A DNA stretch of 64,000 nt from Pseudomonadota bacterium. GTDB taxonomy: Bacteria; Pseudomonadota; Gammaproteobacteria; QQUJ01. The number at the start of each line of letters is the position of its first letter. Within the stretch, counting starts at the first letter, position 1. The DNA lies in NCBI GenBank assembly GCA_008501635.1, contig QQUJ01000025.1:32196-96195 (forward strand). Direction: 5' to 3'. This document shows, piece by piece, positions 30,159 through 39,445 of this stretch. The position numbers were made by a program, and so were the translations under genes. Under the pieces are notes generated by a model, which was not told where the DNA came from, searched no databases, and saw only the letters and a program-made list of their open reading frames with translations.

Positions 30159-30188
30159 AACCACTGGCACAGACCAGTGGTTTTTTTT
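30159..30188 (+). terminator. Rho-independent terminator
   Basis: AACCACTGG-CACAGA-CCAGTGGTT followed by a T run. Confidence 0.85.
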
Positions 30189-30264
30189 GCCTGCTGGCAG
30201 CGCACGCTACCGACAAAGAGCCATTTCACACTGTCCGCGTCGCGCACCAATCAGAGACTGCGCG

Positions 30265-31341
30265 CTACTCAAAAGCGCATCGCGCCCGCAGGGCATCGCC
30301 CAACTTGGCGTGTAAATTCCGCAACAGCCTCTCGGTAGTCTCCCAATCGATGCAGGCGTCCGTGATGGAGACGCCGTACTCGAGATCGGCCGGATTGGCG
30401 GTGAGCTTCTGATTGCCCTCTTTAAGATGGCTCTCCAGCATGAGACCGACAATGGATCGGTTGCCTTCAAGGATCTGGTGACTGACGTTCTCGGCCACCA
30501 GGGGCTGAAGCTGAAAATTCTTGTGCGAGTTGGCATGACTGCAATCGATGATGATGTTCTTCGGCATGCCCGCTTTTTCCAACGCCTGTTCGGCCAACGC
30601 CACATTGACTGAATCGTAATTGGGTTCCCTCCCGCCGCGCAGGATGATGTGACCATAGCGATTGCCCGCCGTTTCGATCACAGCCACTTGACCACCTGTG
30701 CTGATGCCGAGAAAGCGGTGCGGCGCCGAAGCCGATTGCAACGCGTTGATGGCAACATCCAACTGGCCTTCGGTCCCGTTCTTGAAACCGACCGGGGTGG
30801 AAAGGCCGCTGGACATCTCACGATGAGTTTGGGATTCCGTGGTGCGCGCGCCGATAGCCGACCAGCTGAAGAGATCCGCCAGATATTGCGGGCTGATGGG
30901 ATCGAGCGCTTCGGTGGCCGTTGGAATGCCCAGCTCACCCAGCCAGACCAGAAGTTCACGGGCGCTTCGCAACCCCTTTTCGATATCGAACGAATCGTTG
31001 ATGTGCGGGTCGTTGATGAAACCCTTCCAGCCGATGGTGGTTCGCGGCTTTTCGAAATAGACGCGCATCACGATGAAAAGCACGTCGCCCAACTCGTCGT
31101 ACAGTCGCTTCAGCCGCTCGGCATACTCTCGAGCAGCAGCGAGGTCGTGAATCGAGCAAGGACCCGCAATTACCAGCAAACGCGGATCCTGGTGATCGAG
31201 AATGCCCTGTATGACGTGGCGACCGCGTTCGACAGTGCTCGCTGCGGCCTCGCTGGTCGGCACCTGGTGGTGCAGTGCTTCGGGGCTGATAAGGACGCGG
31301 ACCCCGGTGACATTGACATTTTCCAGTTGATATTCGGTCAT
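30265..31341 (-). CDS. 3-deoxy-7-phosphoheptulonate (DAHP) synthase, class I alpha (AroF/G/H family)
   Basis: GPCSIHD, RVYFEKPRTTIGWKG, IGARTTESQTHRE, DCSHANS, SITDAC. Confidence 0.96.
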   Translation of the reverse strand: MTEYQLENVNVTGVRVLISPEALHHQVPTSEAAASTVERGRHVIQGILDHQDPRLLVIAGPCSIHDLAAAREYAERLKRLYDELGDVLFIVMRVYFEKPRTTIGWKGFINDPHINDSFDIEKGLRSARELLVWLGELGIPTATEALDPISPQYLADLFSWSAIGARTTESQTHREMSSGLSTPVGFKNGTEGQLDVAINALQSASAPHRFLGISTGGQVAVIETAGNRYGHIILRGGREPNYDSVNVALAEQALEKAGMPKNIIIDCSHANSHKNFQLQPLVAENVSHQILEGNRSIVGLMLESHLKEGNQKLTANPADLEYGVSITDACIDWETTERLLRNLHAKLGDALRARCAFE

Positions 31342-31495
31342 GATTCCAACGGCTTCACTTGTCAAAAAGGATGGGACCGATCCAGCGGATCGATCCCATG
31401 GGACTTATTGTATAGAAAAACACTCAATTTATAAGAGGAGATCCAACTATTGACCGACACTCGCAGCACCCAGCAGATAATACCGATGGCGGCTA

Positions 31496-32143
31496 TCACT
31501 TCGTCGCACCCAGCTGGTCGGGTGCGAGTCGCTTGCCGGTGTCGGGAAGATAGCGGTAGTGGCCTGTGATCGGGTACGAGAACAGCACATCCGCCAGTTC
31601 TGGACCTTCACCAATGTTGTGTACGATCAGTGGACGCTGACCGCCGGGCGATTGTTCCGCGACTACAATACCGATATGGGGCAGCCTGCCGGCGAGCAGC
31701 CAGGTGACCAGATCCCCGGCGCGATAATCGGCGGGATCGCCCGTCACAGGTAAATCGATCCCCCGCCGTTCGAGGAAGCGGCGAAGATTGGGTACGCGGC
31801 GATGATCGATATTGGGATCGGGACGCGATAGCCCCCACAGCTGCGGGAAGGCGTCAAACGCCACGCGCATCTCCTCGTGTACCTCGCGCTGCAGATCGAC
31901 ACCCACTTGCCGATAGGCGCGAATCACGACGTCGGTGCAGACCCCGATATGACTCGGCACATCACCGCCAGGATAGGTGATGCGAACGTACCGACCATCG
32001 TAGGTAACTGCTTGTTGAGTCCGCGCCAGGGCCGCTTCTGCCAGTCGCAGCGGGAACGAAGGTGCGTACGGCAGCCCATCCGCGCGTGACGTCAATGAAA
32101 CCAGAGCTGATACCAACACCGCCAGCAACTGAATAGATCCCAT
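31496..32143 (-). CDS. DUF1287-family secreted protein
   Basis: YPGGDVP..GVCTDVVIRAYR, DPNIDHRRVPNL, HIGIV, HNIG. Confidence 0.88.
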   Translation of the reverse strand: MGSIQLLAVLVSALVSLTSRADGLPYAPSFPLRLAEAALARTQQAVTYDGRYVRITYPGGDVPSHIGVCTDVVIRAYRQVGVDLQREVHEEMRVAFDAFPQLWGLSRPDPNIDHRRVPNLRRFLERRGIDLPVTGDPADYRAGDLVTWLLAGRLPHIGIVVAEQSPGGQRPLIVHNIGEGPELADVLFSYPITGHYRYLPDTGKRLAPDQLGATK

Positions 32144-32298
32144 ATTCTTGTCAGTCTCGAAATCGGCCTCTCCGGCTCACCGTCTGTTCACGACTTCAAC
32201 CTCACATTCTATTCAAAATAGCACCGGGGCTTGGGCTGAACCGCACCGGATAACTCTGCTGTTATGATCGCCTGTCACAAGGCCGCGAGGGAGCACTC

Positions 32299-32901
32299 GT
32301 GAGATCAACCAGAGTTCCGCCACTCGGTCCTGCTACGCCAACGCGCGGCAACGCATTTACGCGCCTGTTGGGGCATTCCATTCTGTCGATAAGCGATTGG
32401 CGTGTCAGCGGCGCAATTCCCAACTTGCCCAAACTGGTCGTGATCGTGGCACCCCACACCTCCAACTGGGATTTCGTGCACGGCATGGCAGCGGCGTTCG
32501 CTTTGGGACTAAAGGTCTCCTGGATGGGCAAACACACACTCTTTCGCCGGCCCTTCGGCGGCCTGATGCGCTGGCTGGGTGGCATCTCCATCGATCGGCG
32601 CGCCTCCCACGGTGTCGTCCAGCAGACCATGCAGATCTATGCCGAAAGAGAGCAACTGATACTGGGTATCACGCCGGAGGGAACACGCGGCAGGGCCCCG
32701 CAATGGAAAATGGGTTTCTACCATATTGCCAAGGGTTCGGGGATCCCCATCGTCCCCGTCTACTTCGATTACCCGCGACGCACAATCGGATTTGGCGAGC
32801 CACTGATACCCGGAGACGATCCCGACATCGATCTTGAGAAACTCATCGCCTTCTACCGCGGGCACCTGGGCAAACGACCGGAAAACCAGACGTATGCCTA
32901 A
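32299..32901 (+). CDS. Lysophospholipid acyltransferase (PlsC-like)
   Basis: APHTSNWD (HX4D), ITPEGTRG. Confidence 0.9.
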   Translation: MRSTRVPPLGPATPTRGNAFTRLLGHSILSISDWRVSGAIPNLPKLVVIVAPHTSNWDFVHGMAAAFALGLKVSWMGKHTLFRRPFGGLMRWLGGISIDRRASHGVVQQTMQIYAEREQLILGITPEGTRGRAPQWKMGFYHIAKGSGIPIVPVYFDYPRRTIGFGEPLIPGDDPDIDLEKLIAFYRGHLGKRPENQTYA

Positions 32902-32920
32902 CGACAATTACCCTATGGAT

Positions 32921-33532
32921 TCAACGTTCGGTCATAGCCAACCGCGCGCCCAGCAGGGCAAAGATACCGGCAAACCCGCGCTGCAGCCAGCGCACTGCGC
33001 GCGGTGAACGGGTCGCATAGCGACGCACGGCATGGGCCATCGCACCGTAAGCCACGAAGACCACCAACGTCATGGCCATGAATACGGCACTCAGCAGCAG
33101 CAGTTCCGGGAGTGGCTCGGATGACTGGTGGGAAATGAACTGCGGCAGGAAGGCAAGAAAAAAGAGCGAGAGCTTGGGATTGAGGATGTTGATCAGAATA
33201 CCGCGCACGACGATCTGGCGGTGGTTCCGCCTCCCTACCGTACTGTCCATCTGCAATGCATCCGCATCCCGCCACAGCGACCAGGCGAGATAGAGCAAAA
33301 AGAGGACACCCGCGTACTTCATGGTCTGAAATGCCAGTGCGCTCATGTGGAGGATTGCCGTCAGCCCGAGAATGCTGGCGATCAGATGGGGAACGATGCC
33401 CAAGGTGCATCCCACCGCGGCCGCGACGCTCGCTCGCCAACCGAGAAACAGTCCTGTTGAAACGGTGTAGATCACACCGGTCCCGGGAATCAGCACGATT
33501 ATCAAACTGGTGATCAGAAATTCGAGGCTCAT
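32921..33532 (-). CDS. LysE/RhtB-family exporter
   Basis: IPGTGVIYTVS, NILNPKLSLFFLAFLPQF; start at MSLEFL. Confidence 0.92.
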   Translation of the reverse strand: MSLEFLITSLIIVLIPGTGVIYTVSTGLFLGWRASVAAAVGCTLGIVPHLIASILGLTAILHMSALAFQTMKYAGVLFLLYLAWSLWRDADALQMDSTVGRRNHRQIVVRGILINILNPKLSLFFLAFLPQFISHQSSEPLPELLLLSAVFMAMTLVVFVAYGAMAHAVRRYATRSPRAVRWLQRGFAGIFALLGARLAMTER

Positions 33533-33581
33533 GGTCTTATTTCGTGGTCTGTTGTCCGGCTGGCACTTGCCGCACGAATGC

Positions 33582-35174
33582 TCAACGAACAGCCAGATCA
33601 GTGGCGAGTCTGCTCGCATTGCGCGCCGCGAGTCCATAGATCGACAACTGCGGATTGGTGCCCACACTGGTCGGGAACAGCGATCCATCGCAGATGCTCA
33701 CGTTATCCAACTGATGATGACGACCAAAAGAATCTGCCACGCCATCTCTCGCGCTGGCCGCCATGCCGCAGCCTCCCATCACATGCGCGCTCACGACGCG
33801 GGCAAGGTTAGGCGTCAGGGGCAGTTCCTGTATACCCCGTTGCACTTCCTTCCAGCTTGCATAGCCTCCCGCCTTCTCATGAACCGGGGTGACCCGCTTT
33901 GCCCCCGCGGCGAACTGGATCTCCGCCATGGCCAACCATGAACGGCGCACGCCTTCCCAGACGAACTCGGTGATCGGATAATCGAGCACCGGTGTGCCGT
34001 CGGATTGCAGGTGGACGGTCCCGCCCGGACTGCCGGGATTGAAACCGTCACGGAGCAGCGCAATCACCACGTGCGTATTGGCGAATCGTTGCATCTGCTG
34101 TGCGTGAGCTGTGCCGAAACCCTGCAGCGTGGTACTGAATAACACGGGGTGCAGAGGCGGCACCTCGAGCTTGAATCCCATGGGGCCCCGCAGCGGAACG
34201 TTGTCGAGAAAGTGATTGCTGTAGACGGACTGTGGCGCGCCCGCGTAACCGTCGACCCTGCCGTCCATCTGCCCCGCCGAGATAGTGGTTGGATGGAGAA
34301 ACGTGCGCTTGCCCAAATGTCCGTGGGGATCGGGCGCATCACTGCGCATCAGCAATGCGGGGGTGCCGAGCGATCCCGCGGCGAGGACGAAATGCTTTGC
34401 GTGTATCCGCACACGATAGGGTAACGGGCGGATCCCCGCCTCCTCCATCGCCAAGCACTCAAGAACCACCGCACGACCACCGCTGAGCACGAGGCGTTCG
34501 GCGCGCAGACGGTGCCATAGTGCGGCGCCGGACGAGAGCGCCGCTGGAATCGTGGTCACCAGCATCGACTGCTTGGCGTTGGTGGGGCAGCCCAGGCCGC
34601 AGTAGCCCAGATTCAGACAACCCTTCACGTTGCGCGGTATGGTCGCGGTGGAGATGCCCAGTTTTTCCGCCCCGCGCCGCAGCAGGTCGTTGTTCTCGTT
34701 CGCGGGCACGCTCCAGGTCTCGATTCCCAGCTGCTGTTCCATGCGTTCGAACCATGGCGCCAACGCATCACCATCGAGATCCGCGAGACCGAATTCGCTC
34801 CGCCAGTAGGCCAATGTCTCGGGAGGCGTGCGAAAGCAACTGGTCCAATTGACCGTGGTGGAACCTCCGACGCAGCGTCCCTGCAGGATATTGATGGCCT
34901 TGTCCCTGGTCTTGCGGGCCGCCGACTCCTGGTAGAGCTGCGGATAGGCATCCGCCTCGCGCATTCTGAATTCACGCGAGCTTTTCAGCGGTCCCTCTTC
35001 GACCAGCAGCACCCGCAAGCCCGAGGCCGCCAGAATCTCTGCCGCTGTCCCGCCTCCCGCGCCGCTGCCGACGATCACAACATCCGCTTCGAGCGTGTGA
35101 TCGGCGGTCAAGGCCGATCCGTTCCGCACCTGCCAGCCCGACCGCAAGCCTGCCGCAACCATATCTTCGGTCAT
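33582..35174 (-). CDS. GMC-family oxidoreductase (LaoA-like long-chain alcohol dehydrogenase)
   Basis: IVGSGAGGG, GRCVGGSTTVN, SAHVMGGC, DGSLFPTSVGTNP; ATGA overlap with the upstream gene. Confidence 0.88.
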   Translation of the reverse strand: MTEDMVAAGLRSGWQVRNGSALTADHTLEADVVIVGSGAGGGTAAEILAASGLRVLLVEEGPLKSSREFRMREADAYPQLYQESAARKTRDKAINILQGRCVGGSTTVNWTSCFRTPPETLAYWRSEFGLADLDGDALAPWFERMEQQLGIETWSVPANENNDLLRRGAEKLGISTATIPRNVKGCLNLGYCGLGCPTNAKQSMLVTTIPAALSSGAALWHRLRAERLVLSGGRAVVLECLAMEEAGIRPLPYRVRIHAKHFVLAAGSLGTPALLMRSDAPDPHGHLGKRTFLHPTTISAGQMDGRVDGYAGAPQSVYSNHFLDNVPLRGPMGFKLEVPPLHPVLFSTTLQGFGTAHAQQMQRFANTHVVIALLRDGFNPGSPGGTVHLQSDGTPVLDYPITEFVWEGVRRSWLAMAEIQFAAGAKRVTPVHEKAGGYASWKEVQRGIQELPLTPNLARVVSAHVMGGCGMAASARDGVADSFGRHHQLDNVSICDGSLFPTSVGTNPQLSIYGLAARNASRLATDLAVR

Positions 35175-35686
35175 GGGGATAACGGGGGCGGGCCAGGATA
35201 GGCGATGGTCGGCCACGATTGCGGGTCACCGTACCAAGCACCCAACACCAGATCGTGCAATGCGGCGTAGGCGCTGCGCAGGAGCGCAAAGCGGCTCATG
35301 CGCCAGCTTTCGAGGAAGGCGGCCACCTGATCCGGAGTTGCGCCGGCCCAGGATGTCCAAATGCCGGCCACAACCGCGCGGGCGGGTGCGAAATTCAATA
35401 GCGCGAACAGCTCGGCAATCTCCTTTTGCGCCTGAGCGGAGAGTCCCGCGACCGCTGTGTTCACGCCCTCGACCGTTGTTGCAATCGCGGCGCGCCGGGC
35501 CTCGCCCGATACGGGTATGACACCGGCCAGCATTACCGGCACGAGTACGGCCACGATCTCGCGTTCACTTACGCCCAACTCCCCCGATTCGCTGGTGGTG
35601 TGGCGCAACCCATAGTAAGCACCGGCGCCAGCAAGCGCTGCGCTGCCCAGCAGGCCAGCCTTGAGGAAGGTGCGCCGTGTGACCAT
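35171..35686 (-). CDS. Tat-exported partner protein (LaoB-like)
   Basis: TRRTFLK twin-arginine signal; between ALDH and GMC genes with overlapping stop/start codons. Confidence 0.8.
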   Translation of the reverse strand: MVTRRTFLKAGLLGSAALAGAGAYYGLRHTTSESGELGVSEREIVAVLVPVMLAGVIPVSGEARRAAIATTVEGVNTAVAGLSAQAQKEIAELFALLNFAPARAVVAGIWTSWAGATPDQVAAFLESWRMSRFALLRSAYAALHDLVLGAWYGDPQSWPTIAYPGPPPLSP

Positions 35687-37113
35687 CAGCGTAGCAGCAC
35701 AGCCATGAGCCGCTCGAACAGCGTGCCATACGGTGGCTTGAACAGACCTACACCGCTGATGCGTGACTGAAAGAAAACGGACTTCTTTTTGGAGAACGTT
35801 TCAAACCCTTCGTAGCCGTGGTAGTGCCCCTTGCCGCTCTCACCGACTCCGCCGAACGGCAGATTGTCCTGGGCGATGTGCAGGATGGTGTCGTTGATCG
35901 TCACGCCGCCGGAGATGGTCTCTGTCAGCACCTTGTCGATCCGCTTGCGGTCGTTATCGAAATAGTAGAGCGCCAGCGGTTTCGGCCTTGTGTTGACGTA
36001 GCGAATCGCCTCGTCAAGCTCGCGATAGGTGACGACAGGCAACAGCGGGCCGAAAATCTCCTCCTGCATGATGCGCATACTGTCCCTGGCATTGATGACA
36101 GCCAGTGGCGGAATACGCCGCGTCGATGAGTCCGGCGCTACCTCAAGCGAGGTCAGCGGGACAATATCGGCACCTTGGTCCCTGGCCTCCTCGGCCAATT
36201 CCAGCAGACGCTGAAAATGGCGCTCGTTGATGATCGAGGAGTAATCGGGCGTTTGCATGATGTCCGGGTAGCATCGCGCTACAGTACGCTTGGCGGCGGT
36301 CACAAAATCTTGCGTCCGGTTCTCGGGAATCAACACATAATCAGGGGCAATGCAGGTCTGTCCCGCGTTCATCGTCTTGCCGACCATGACACGTTCGGCA
36401 AATCGCGCCATCGAAAAATCCACCCCGAGTATCGCCGGTGATTTGCCGCCCAGTTCCAGCGTGATGGGAGTCAGGTTCTCCGCCGCAGCACGCATGACGC
36501 TGTACCCCACCCGGGTCGAGCCGGTGAACAGAAGATGTCCGAACGGTTGGCGTGAAAAGGCCTCTGCCACCTGACTGTCACCCTGCACCACAATCACGCT
36601 GTCCCTGGCAAAGTAGTTGGCGGCCAACCCGGCAACCAGCGCGGCGGTCGCGGGCGCGAACTCAGACATCTTGAGCATTACGCGATTACCCGCGGCCAGC
36701 GCCGCCGTCAACGGTCCGATCGACAACAGGATCGGATAGTTCCACGGGGCGATGACTCCCACCACGCCCAGCGGCTGATGCATGACCCGCGCACGGCCTG
36801 GTTGAAACCACAGCGTTACCGGGCGGCGCTCCGGCCGCATCCATTGTTTGAGATGACGTCGCGCGTGCTTGACGGCCTCGAGGCTTGGGAACAGCTCCAG
36901 CAATTGCGTCTCATGCGCTGAGCGATGACCGAAATCCTGGTCGACCGCGGCGATGAACGCGTCCGCATTCTCGCGCAGCAATCGTTCCAGAGCAGCCAGC
37001 TGGTTATCGCGGTCGCGCCACGAGGGATAGGGATCGCACTCGGCCGCACGCTGCAAGCAGGCGAACACCGGGCTCAGTGCCGCATCTTCATCGCTCGCTG
37101 TTCCCGGATCCAT
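35686..37113 (-). CDS. Coniferyl-aldehyde-dehydrogenase-family ALDH (LaoC-like)
   Basis: APWNYP, FTGSTRVG, LELGGKSP, NAGQTCIAPDY, EEIFGP. Confidence 0.92.
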   Translation of the reverse strand: MDPGTASDEDAALSPVFACLQRAAECDPYPSWRDRDNQLAALERLLRENADAFIAAVDQDFGHRSAHETQLLELFPSLEAVKHARRHLKQWMRPERRPVTLWFQPGRARVMHQPLGVVGVIAPWNYPILLSIGPLTAALAAGNRVMLKMSEFAPATAALVAGLAANYFARDSVIVVQGDSQVAEAFSRQPFGHLLFTGSTRVGYSVMRAAAENLTPITLELGGKSPAILGVDFSMARFAERVMVGKTMNAGQTCIAPDYVLIPENRTQDFVTAAKRTVARCYPDIMQTPDYSSIINERHFQRLLELAEEARDQGADIVPLTSLEVAPDSSTRRIPPLAVINARDSMRIMQEEIFGPLLPVVTYRELDEAIRYVNTRPKPLALYYFDNDRKRIDKVLTETISGGVTINDTILHIAQDNLPFGGVGESGKGHYHGYEGFETFSKKKSVFFQSRISGVGLFKPPYGTLFERLMAVLLR

Positions 37114-37291
37114 GTGATTTCCCGCTGCTGCTTTGTAGCCCTAGGCACTATACAGATCCTGGCGCAGCTTGTGTTATCCCCGGGTGACACACTGCCACTG
37201 TGCACCAGCGGGCGTCATCAAACTGCAGACCTCACAACGACCGACGACAATGCGGTTGCCCGTGGTCAACGGTTTAAACCGGGAAGCACAG

Positions 37292-37450
37292 TCACCCCGA
37301 TCCGAGGCCCGCCGGCTGGATGGTGAACACTATCGCCAGAGTAACCGATAGCACGACGGCCAAAGCAATCAGCAACGGTTTCCACTTCCGTTTCCGACGT
37401 GCTGGTGTTCGGAACGGAACAATCACCGAATGGGCTCTGCCAACGTCCAT
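37292..37450 (-). CDS. Putative 52-aa single-pass membrane protein; absent from the ORF track
   Basis: Hand translation MDVGRAHSVIVPFRTPARRKRKWKPLLIALAVVLSVTLAIVFTIQPAGLGSG*; basic patch then a hydrophobic helix; starts 5 nt after the upstream stop. Confidence 0.45.
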   Translation of the reverse strand: MDVGRAHSVIVPFRTPARRKRKWKPLLIALAVVLSVTLAIVFTIQPAGLGSG

Positions 37451-37455
37451 TGGAT

Positions 37456-37689
37456 TCAAGGTTTTTTCGGCAACGATTTCTTGCGGCGCCGCTGACCCTT
37501 CTTGGACTTGGAGGGAACTTCGGGCTGCGGATTGAGCGCCTTCAGGTCATGCTGGTGTTGCTGCCGCTTCTGGCGCGCCCGCGAGGGCACCTCTGGTTGC
37601 GGGTTGAGCGCCCAGACCGTGCCACTTGCGCAGAGACCGGCACCCAGTCCCAAACAGGCGATCAGTAGTTTGCGACGTTGCGGATTCAT
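37456..37689 (-). CDS. Small secreted basic peptide with duplicated ALNPQPEVPS motif
   Basis: QRRKLL Tat-like signal ending VWA, two identical 10-aa motifs encoded by synonymously diverged codons, GAGGAG RBS. Confidence 0.75.
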   Translation of the reverse strand: MNPQRRKLLIACLGLGAGLCASGTVWALNPQPEVPSRARQKRQQHQHDLKALNPQPEVPSKSKKGQRRRKKSLPKKP

Positions 37690-37871
37690 TCTCTCTCTCC
37701 TCGGGAATCACCACCGTATTGACGGTGTTCAGGCCCTGAGTCGTGGGCTTGAAGCGGACGGTTCAACGGGCAACTGCCCGGGTTCGGCGACCGTGGATGG
37801 CGGAACGCACACTCTGCGACCGTTATCAGTTATTCTCATGTTCCTGATTAAGCCAACGCCCTGAGCATCCG

Positions 37872-39299
37872 ATGAGTCTGCCCAGCCAATTTGCCGACGC
37901 GCTCGCCAGCCTGGTGGGCGTCACCGGCATCATCACCGATACCGAAGCGCTCGCACCCTACGTCAACGAAGAACGCGGTAGATTTCGTGGCCAGGCTGCC
38001 GCGCTTGTGCGCCCGGCGGATACGCATCAGGTCGCCGAGGTCGTCAGGCTCTGTGCCGCTCACGGGATTCCCATCACGCCCCAAGGTGGCAACACCGGTC
38101 TGTGCGGTGGCGGTGTACCCCACGGCGGCATCATCCTCAGCCTCGCGCGCATGAACCGCGTACGCACGATCGATCCGATCAATTACACCGTCACGGTGGA
38201 GGCCGGCGCGATCCTGGCCGAGATTCAACAGGCGGCGGATCGCGAAGGTTGCCTCTTTCCGCTGTCGCTCGGGGCGGAGGGTTCCTGTCAAATCGGCGGC
38301 AATCTGGCGACCAACGCGGGTGGCATCAACGTGCTGCGCTATGGCAATGCCCGCGACCTGGTATTGGGTCTGGAAGTGGTGCTGCCCGACGGTCGTATCT
38401 GGGACGGATTGCGCGCACTGAGCAAAGACAACACCGGCTACGCGCTAAAGCATCTGTTCGTCGGCTCCGAAGGAACGCTGGGGATCATCACCGCGGCGGT
38501 GCTGAAACTCTTCCCCAAGCCGCTCGATGTACAGACGGCACTGTGCGGACTCGACAGCGTGCAGGCCGCCACTCACCTGCTGTCGCTCGCAAGGGCGCGC
38601 TCGGGCGATGCGGTGACAGGCTTTGAGTTGATCTCGAATTTTGCGATGGAGATCACCACCCGGCATGTGCCTGACTGCGTAAACCCGCTGGCGCAAACCC
38701 ATCCCTGGTACGTCCTGATCGAACTCTCCTCCTCACGGCCCGATGCGGGGTTGCGGTCGGTCTTCGAAGGTTTGCTGGAAGAGGCCTATGCCAAGGGGGT
38801 GATTGCAGATGCCGCCGTCGCCGAATCCCTGGAACAGGCACGGCGATTCTGGCGCTTGCGCGAGGCGATTCCCGAGGCACAGAAGCGCGAGGGCAGTTCC
38901 ATCAAGCACGATGTAGCGGTGCCGGTATCCCGGGTGGCGGAGTTTATCGAGCGGGGCATCGCCGCCGTTACGCAAACCTTCCCTGGCGTGCGTCCCTGCC
39001 CTTTTGGCCATCTTGGTGACGGCAACATCCACTTCAACATCACTCAGCCGGTGGGGATGGATAAAAGCACCTATCTGGCGCAGTGGGAGGCGATGAACCG
39101 TGTGGTACACGATCTGGTTGCCGAAATGGATGGCTCGATCTCCGCCGAGCACGGTGTGGGACTGTTGAAGGTCGACGAGATACGCCGCTACAAGAGCCCG
39201 GTTGAACTCGATCTCATGGAGAATCTGAAACGCGCTTTGGACCCCGACAATCTGATGAATCCCGGCAAGGTGGTGCGCTTGTCCGACCTGCGCAAATAG
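37872..39299 (+). CDS. FAD-binding oxidoreductase (D-2-hydroxyacid dehydrogenase family)
   Basis: PQGGNTGLCGG, GGNLATNAGG, FGHLGDGNIH, SISAEHGVG, MNPGKV. Confidence 0.92.
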   Translation: MSLPSQFADALASLVGVTGIITDTEALAPYVNEERGRFRGQAAALVRPADTHQVAEVVRLCAAHGIPITPQGGNTGLCGGGVPHGGIILSLARMNRVRTIDPINYTVTVEAGAILAEIQQAADREGCLFPLSLGAEGSCQIGGNLATNAGGINVLRYGNARDLVLGLEVVLPDGRIWDGLRALSKDNTGYALKHLFVGSEGTLGIITAAVLKLFPKPLDVQTALCGLDSVQAATHLLSLARARSGDAVTGFELISNFAMEITTRHVPDCVNPLAQTHPWYVLIELSSSRPDAGLRSVFEGLLEEAYAKGVIADAAVAESLEQARRFWRLREAIPEAQKREGSSIKHDVAVPVSRVAEFIERGIAAVTQTFPGVRPCPFGHLGDGNIHFNITQPVGMDKSTYLAQWEAMNRVVHDLVAEMDGSISAEHGVGLLKVDEIRRYKSPVELDLMENLKRALDPDNLMNPGKVVRLSDLRK

Positions 39300-39402
39300 G
39301 CCGACGCCCGTCATCGTACCCTCCTCAGGGTGAGCAACAGATCCTGAGCTGATCCAGCCTGCTGAAGTCTCCTCCTCGCGCGCTTGAAACATTCCTCGAA
39401 TG

Positions 39403-39418
39403 CTGTACATTTATACAG
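39403..39418. promoter_or_regulatory. LexA (SOS) box upstream of dnaE2
   Basis: CTGT-ACATTTAT-ACAG, perfect CTGT-N8-ACAG 27 bp before the ATG. Confidence 0.9.
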
Positions 39419-39445
39419 TATTGAGCAACGTTTCCAACCACCCCG

